IMG/VR virus record: IMGVR_UViG_3300006105_000085
Location: 1 to 28,919 of that record
DNA length: 28,919 nt
Reading direction: 5' to 3' (one strand)
Source of the DNA: a virus
Lineage: Duplodnaviria > Caudoviricetes
In this document: one piece after another, positions 25,246 to 28,919 of the stretch
Layout: the number at the start of each line of letters is the position of its first letter
Numbering within the stretch: position 1 is the stretch's first letter
Translations under genes and position numbers: made by a program
The notes under the pieces: generated by a model
Database searches by the model: none
Seen by the model: the letters and a program-made list of their open reading frames with translations, nothing else
Told to the model about the DNA's origin: nothing

Positions 25246-25256
25246 TACTAATACGC
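25246..25256 (-). promoter_or_regulatory. Phage promoter-like motif GCGTATTAGTA (copy 4, upstream of primase-helicase)
   Basis: Exact 11-mer, intergenic. Confidence 0.7.
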
Positions 25257-25283
25257 AAACTATGTTAGTGGTCACTAACCAAT

Positions 25284-25557
25284 GTCTGTCAAGTGTGTCA
25301 AAATTGCCAGTGAATTGACACACTTCTTTTACACACCCCCTATATAAATCAAGGACTTAGAGCCGATTGACACACTTGACACACTTCTTTTGTATTTTTT
25401 TAATTTTTTTAAAAAAAATAATAATAACATAGGAGAGGTAAATATAGCAAAAAAGTGTGTCAAGTGTGTCAATCCTTCGCAAGTCCTTGATTTCATTGAC
25501 TTTTTCGTGACACACTTTGATTTTGGAAGTGTGTCAATTTAGGAAGAAGTGTGTCAA
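25284..25557. repeat. Putative replication origin: TTGACACAC iterons around an AT-rich core with two IHF sites
   Basis: 8 exact and 3 variant 9-mers in both orientations; inverted arms 25346-25386 / 25453-25493; WATCAANNNNTTR matches at 25347-25359 and 25480-25492. Confidence 0.8.
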
Positions 25558-25737
25558 ATGGTATCCAAAATACAAAACTGTGGCTAAAAGTAGCCAGTTG
25601 CCAATTTTGTTCCACTTTTCTTCTTCCAAGTCACGCTGTAAGAAAGACTGGCGGTCATAAATGCCGTAGTCCCCTTCCAGTCCAGTGCAGTCACACACAT
25701 TTCTGCCCTGATTGTAGTTTCCGGTGCATTGTTTCAT
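25534..25737 (-). CDS. Small protein with Cys-rich N-terminus and C-terminal TM helix
   Basis: MKQCTGNYNQGRNVCDC...WLLLATVLYFGY; GAGG RBS. Confidence 0.65.
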   Translation of the reverse strand: MKQCTGNYNQGRNVCDCTGLEGDYGIYDRQSFLQRDLEEEKWNKIGNWLLLATVLYFGYHLTHFFLN

Positions 25738-25934
25738 ATGGCCACCTCGTAGCCCATCTGTTTGAGCATATGATAAGCCCACTTCCTAAAAGCCACCCTG
25801 TTTTCACTGTTTTGCTCGTCTCTTTCATCCCAAGCTGCCTCAATAATAAACTCCCCTGAAGGGCTATTAAATTCAATACCAATCATGTCTCCATCACTGT
25901 TGTATTGATCTACTGGTATTGCTTTGCCTTTCAT
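25734..25934 (-). CDS. Hypothetical protein
   Basis: MKGKAIPVDQY... 66 aa, ATGA-coupled. Confidence 0.7.
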   Translation of the reverse strand: MKGKAIPVDQYNSDGDMIGIEFNSPSGEFIIEAAWDERDEQNSENRVAFRKWAYHMLKQMGYEVAI

Positions 25935-26254
25935 GCTATTTCCTTTCGTGTTGATTTCTTTTCTTTCCAAGAGTCCTCAGTCCCATAGTCCCCTCGAATC
26001 ATGCTCATACGCTCGTCTTTACGGAATTCAGGCTCTATTGCCCACCATGCCTTTGATGCTTCAAGGTATTCTATCCACTCATCATTTTGTTCAAAAAACG
26101 GATGACTAAACCCAGCGATGTCCACTGTGCAAGTCACCTCGCTATGCGGGATTATGGGATGCAACCCACCCCGTCCATAAGTCCCCAGCCTTACTTTATT
26201 CCTAGCCCGTATAAAGCGGTCATAAGCTATTTGTTGCTCTTTAGTCAGCGTCAT
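25931..26254 (-). CDS. Hypothetical protein
   Basis: MTLTKEQQ... 107 aa, overlapping the sigma gene end. Confidence 0.7.
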   Translation of the reverse strand: MTLTKEQQIAYDRFIRARNKVRLGTYGRGGLHPIIPHSEVTCTVDIAGFSHPFFEQNDEWIEYLEASKAWWAIEPEFRKDERMSMIRGDYGTEDSWKEKKSTRKEIA

Positions 26255-26813
26255 TTTCTTCTTCCAGTTTGTCAAGATTTAAAGCGTCCAATGAGCTAGG
26301 CTCTTGGAGTAAGTAAAATTTTAATTGATTGATGCGCTTAACAGATTTGTTAAGGATAATTGATACCTCATGGACAGTTGGAGGTCGCCCCAAAGTCTGA
26401 GTCAATGCTCGCTCTGTGTAGGTCATCTTGCGTATCTCTTCCCTCACTTTGATGGGTATACGCACTAGGTTTTCGGTGTTGTCCAGTCCACGCTCTACAC
26501 CACGCATAATAAAGCGTTTAGCGTAGGTGGCAAACTTAGCCCCGTTGGTAGGCTTCCACTGCATAGCGGATTTTAATAAAGCCTCGTTGCCCAGTCCAAT
26601 TAAGTCCTCTTGTGGCACACGACTGTGATTCCATGCGGTCATCTTACGCACTGTATAAACCACGAATCTGAGATTATGCTTGACCAGTTGCTCTAAAGCA
26701 TAGTCATCCCCTTGTGCTATGCGCTCAGCCAGCTTGTATTCATCGGCAGAAGATAGCACGGGGATACCATACAGGGATTGTAAATAGTCCGTTAAAAAAT
26801 CATTTTTGCTCAA
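26241..26813 (-). CDS. Phage sigma-70-family factor, regions 1.2-2-3 only (no region 4)
   Basis: DYLQSL..PVLSSADEYKLA (1.2), LVKHNLRFVV (2.1), EDLIGLGNEAL (2.2), KFATYA (2.3), VRIPI, LGRPPTVHEV (3), SSLD then acidic tail and stop; colinear with RpoS/RpoD by eye. Confidence 0.88.
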   Translation of the reverse strand: MSKNDFLTDYLQSLYGIPVLSSADEYKLAERIAQGDDYALEQLVKHNLRFVVYTVRKMTAWNHSRVPQEDLIGLGNEALLKSAMQWKPTNGAKFATYAKRFIMRGVERGLDNTENLVRIPIKVREEIRKMTYTERALTQTLGRPPTVHEVSIILNKSVKRINQLKFYLLQEPSSLDALNLDKLEEENDAD

Positions 26814-26983
26814 AATAAGGCTTTCTCTAGGGTTATAGTAGCAAGCTCATATGCACTTGGTTGAGGTGGCAATCGCAAGAGCGTTGTCCCTTCGGTCAGG
26901 TAGGGTTGTGCTTCCAGTTTGTTAGCAAACTTTCGCACTGCCCCACCGAACTCGTCAATCAAGATGAATTTGTAGTTACTCAC
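26810..26983 (-). CDS. Small hypothetical protein (57 aa; not in ORF track)
   Basis: GTG-start MSNYKFILIDEFGGAVRKF...EKALF fills the gap and overlaps the sigma start. Confidence 0.6.
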   Translation of the reverse strand: MSNYKFILIDEFGGAVRKFANKLEAQPYLTEGTTLLRLPPQPSAYELATITLEKALF

Positions 26984-27236
26984 CTAGAGATTTTACCACA
27001 ACAGCATCAATCGGTTTGATTTCAGTTACCGATGGAATCAAGTCCGAGTCCAGCACCTCACGCACTAGGCGAGGGCTGATAGTGGCTCTGTCGTAATGCT
27101 GAACCTCAGCAAAGAATAGAGTGCCATCATACTTACCCACCCCACGCGCTATCAGCTCTGCTTTAATTCTCCGCGCATCGGCTTCTAACTGGGCGATGGT
27201 TTGATTGATAAGTCCAAGTTCGTCAATGATGTTCAT
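26976..27236 (-). CDS. Hypothetical protein
   Basis: 86-aa ORF, N-terminal coiled coil, AAGGA RBS. Confidence 0.75.
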   Translation of the reverse strand: MNIIDELGLINQTIAQLEADARRIKAELIARGVGKYDGTLFFAEVQHYDRATISPRLVREVLDSDLIPSVTEIKPIDAVVVKSLGE

Positions 27237-27469
27237 AGATTCAATTCCTTTACAGTTAAAAATTCTTTTACCATTTGTTTCGCTAATACAGTATAACGCT
27301 CAGCATACTTGTCAAACCTATCTTCAGTGAACTTCCAAGAGTCATCGCTGAACCGCTTTTGCTTGAGGTATTTTATACCATGTTCAACTCCAACTTCAAG
27401 AGGATCAGAGTATCTCATGGCATGGTTAGCCACAATCTTTACTTCGCTAAAAAAGAAATCGTTGTTCAT
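27233..27469 (-). CDS. Hypothetical early protein
   Basis: 78-aa ORF, AAGGAG RBS, ATGA overlap. Confidence 0.7.
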   Translation of the reverse strand: MNNDFFFSEVKIVANHAMRYSDPLEVGVEHGIKYLKQKRFSDDSWKFTEDRFDKYAERYTVLAKQMVKEFLTVKELNL

Positions 27470-27699
27470 AATGATAGCTCCTTCATAAATGTTTTAGTGT
27501 AAAAGATTTCAAAGCCCTTGCATTCTTCGGGGATCATCCAGCTATCATGGTGATTTACCGCCATGTAGTCCTCGATCTCTGATTCATCCACCCATACCTT
27601 CTCGTCAATTTTATGGATAAGCACACAGGGGTATTTGTCACCTGACTTGTCGAAGTCCCCGAACTCAAAACTACCAAACCATACTAACTTCGTTGTCAT
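27466..27699 (-). CDS. Hypothetical early protein
   Basis: 77-aa ORF, GGAG RBS, ATGA overlap. Confidence 0.7.
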   Translation of the reverse strand: MTTKLVWFGSFEFGDFDKSGDKYPCVLIHKIDEKVWVDESEIEDYMAVNHHDSWMIPEECKGFEIFYTKTFMKELSL

Positions 27700-27995
27700 A
27701 CACGCTCCCTTAATTCTTTGTTAATTTCCCTAATCAAACTTTTGTCATCAAACCACATGATACGAGCATAAGTCCTACGAGTTGGCTTGCGTGGAATCTC
27801 CCAGTTCACAGAGCCATTGTTTACATACAAAGCAAACGCATTACACGCTAACTTATTATGACCGCAGTTATCCGCATGGATGCATCCATCGCAAGGAGTT
27901 TGTTCATTGTTAATCTGCGAATAAAACTCCTTGCTGGACTGCTCCGTTAAGACATAGTGGTCAGCTTGTTTCTCAATACTTAATTGCTTGTTCAT
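27696..27995 (-). CDS. Cys-rich (CxxC-x3-C-x6-C) putative metal-binding protein
   Basis: PCDGCIHADNCGHNKLACNAF; AGGAG RBS. Confidence 0.7.
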   Translation of the reverse strand: MNKQLSIEKQADHYVLTEQSSKEFYSQINNEQTPCDGCIHADNCGHNKLACNAFALYVNNGSVNWEIPRKPTRRTYARIMWFDDKSLIREINKELRERV

Positions 27996-28198
27996 ACATT
28001 CTCCTGTATGGCCGTATCAGTCCGCACATCGTAGAGCTGGAATACATACGCATACTCATCGCTTGCTTCGTTGGCTTTCTTTTTACCCATGCTGATATCG
28101 TCAATGGTGGCTTGCAAAGCATCACCCAGTGAGTTGCCATCATCGGCAGTAATCACCAACACCAGTTTCATTCCGTTACCTTGTTCTAAGTCCATCAT
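27992..28198 (-). CDS. Hypothetical early protein
   Basis: 68-aa acidic ORF, GAGGAGG RBS. Confidence 0.7.
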   Translation of the reverse strand: MMDLEQGNGMKLVLVITADDGNSLGDALQATIDDISMGKKKANEASDEYAYVFQLYDVRTDTAIQENV

Positions 28199-28371
28199 AC
28201 TACCTCCTCATTCCAATCATTTAATGTTAACGCAACTTGTTGCACATCGCAATTAGGTTTGCGTTTCTTAATAATGGTAACAGCTTCTTTAGAACTGCCA
28301 GCCATCACATCCTCCCAATAATAATGGATTTCTCCTTGTGGGCAAATCTCTACAACATAATGGTTAGTCAT
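28195..28371 (-). CDS. Hypothetical early protein (58 aa; not in ORF track)
   Basis: MTNHYVVEICPQGEIHYYWEDV...NDWNEEVV; AAGGAGG RBS. Confidence 0.7.
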   Translation of the reverse strand: MTNHYVVEICPQGEIHYYWEDVMAGSSKEAVTIIKKRKPNCDVQQVALTLNDWNEEVV

Positions 28372-28380
28372 ACATCCTCC

Positions 28381-28596
28381 TTATGGTTGATCATCAATGG
28401 CATACCCAGCCATTTCATTTAAGTCCTCAGCAATCCAAGCCATTGCAGTGGCAAGATCATCGAGTTTCTCATCATACTGGCTACGATTAAACTCGTAGTC
28501 ATCGTTATTCTCTACCTCACTGCGGTAAAAGTCAATACATTCCCACAATAAATCAAACCAAGATTGTGGGTTGTTGCGTGTTATCTGAATGTTCAT
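28381..28596 (-). CDS. Acidic hypothetical early protein
   Basis: 71-aa ORF, GGAGG RBS. Confidence 0.75.
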   Translation of the reverse strand: MNIQITRNNPQSWFDLLWECIDFYRSEVENNDDYEFNRSQYDEKLDDLATAMAWIAEDLNEMAGYAIDDQP

Positions 28597-28739
28597 ACAT
28601 CCTCCGCTATTGTGTTGATAAACTCTTGCGCTATGGCAATCTTTTCTTTTACACCATAAAACTCTTCATATTCTTCATCGGGATATAGGTCATAGACCAG
28701 TCCCACCAGCATATCAATAACTCTAATTGCATCAGTCAT
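28593..28739 (-). CDS. Acidic hypothetical early protein (48 aa; not in ORF track)
   Basis: MTDAIRVIDMLVGLVYDLYPDEEYEEFYG...; AAGGAGG RBS. Confidence 0.7.
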   Translation of the reverse strand: MTDAIRVIDMLVGLVYDLYPDEEYEEFYGVKEKIAIAQEFINTIAEDV

Positions 28740-28819
28740 ACATCCTCCTTAGTTAAACAACAAACACAGTTTCTTAAATTAAAACACATTTTCATATTAG
28801 GATAAACCCTAACGTGGCT

Positions 28820-28919
28820 AGTCCAGTCACACCTACCCAGTCCAGTCACACCTACCCAGTCCAGTCACACCTACCCAGTCCAGTCACACCTACCCAGTCC
28901 AGTCACACCTACCCAGTCC
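28820..28919. repeat. 19-bp tandem repeat (AGTCCAGTCACACCTACCC), about 5.3 copies, truncated by window end
   Basis: Exact head-to-tail copies, no spacers, unit not a multiple of 3. Confidence 0.95.

Noticed and set aside
25931-26254. Downstream ORF as a frameshifted sigma region 4
   Set aside because: LTKEQQIAYDRF only loosely recalls the start of region 4.1; no HTH pattern follows and no slippery site is evident
28796-28803. TATTAGGA as a fifth promoter motif copy (also TATTAGTA near 21264)
   Set aside because: Both lack the GCG prefix and lie on the opposite strand; the 21264 site is inside a gene
28820-28919. CRISPR array
   Set aside because: Repeats are head-to-tail with no spacers; the same holds for the 12-bp repeat at 1-120. 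The DUF2800 Cas4-like gene is a common phage replication-module nuclease

Overview
This is a 28.9-kb fragment of a tailed dsDNA bacteriophage genome, probably podovirus-like; a freshwater betaproteobacterial host is a guess from gene style only. Both ends fall inside tandem repeats. The + strand (1-7232) carries four large putative virion/ejection proteins, one with a Peptidase M15 domain. They converge tail-to-tail on a long - strand arm containing a family A DNA polymerase, class II ribonucleotide reductase (nrdJ), DUF2815 SSB, DUF2800 Cas4-like nuclease, SNF2 helicase, VRR-NUC nuclease, two HNH endonucleases (one broken by an in-frame TAA), a prim-pol/SF3 primase-helicase with an iteron/IHF-type origin, a TerS-like gene, an atypical tRNA-His and many small genes. 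The most interesting signal is an apparent split sigma-70 system: one gene encodes sigma regions 1.2-2-3 and stops before region 4, and a separate gene 9 kb away encodes a sigma region-4-like domain. Four exact co-oriented copies of GCGTATTAGTA, resembling a -10-only promoter, lie upstream of key genes, including the sigma4-like gene. Also notable are a shuffled mini-gene array built from three DNA homology modules, a tRNA-His with C at -1 and a 13-bp extended acceptor stem, and two structured RNA leaders. All family assignments come from motif recognition by eye; no database searches were run.
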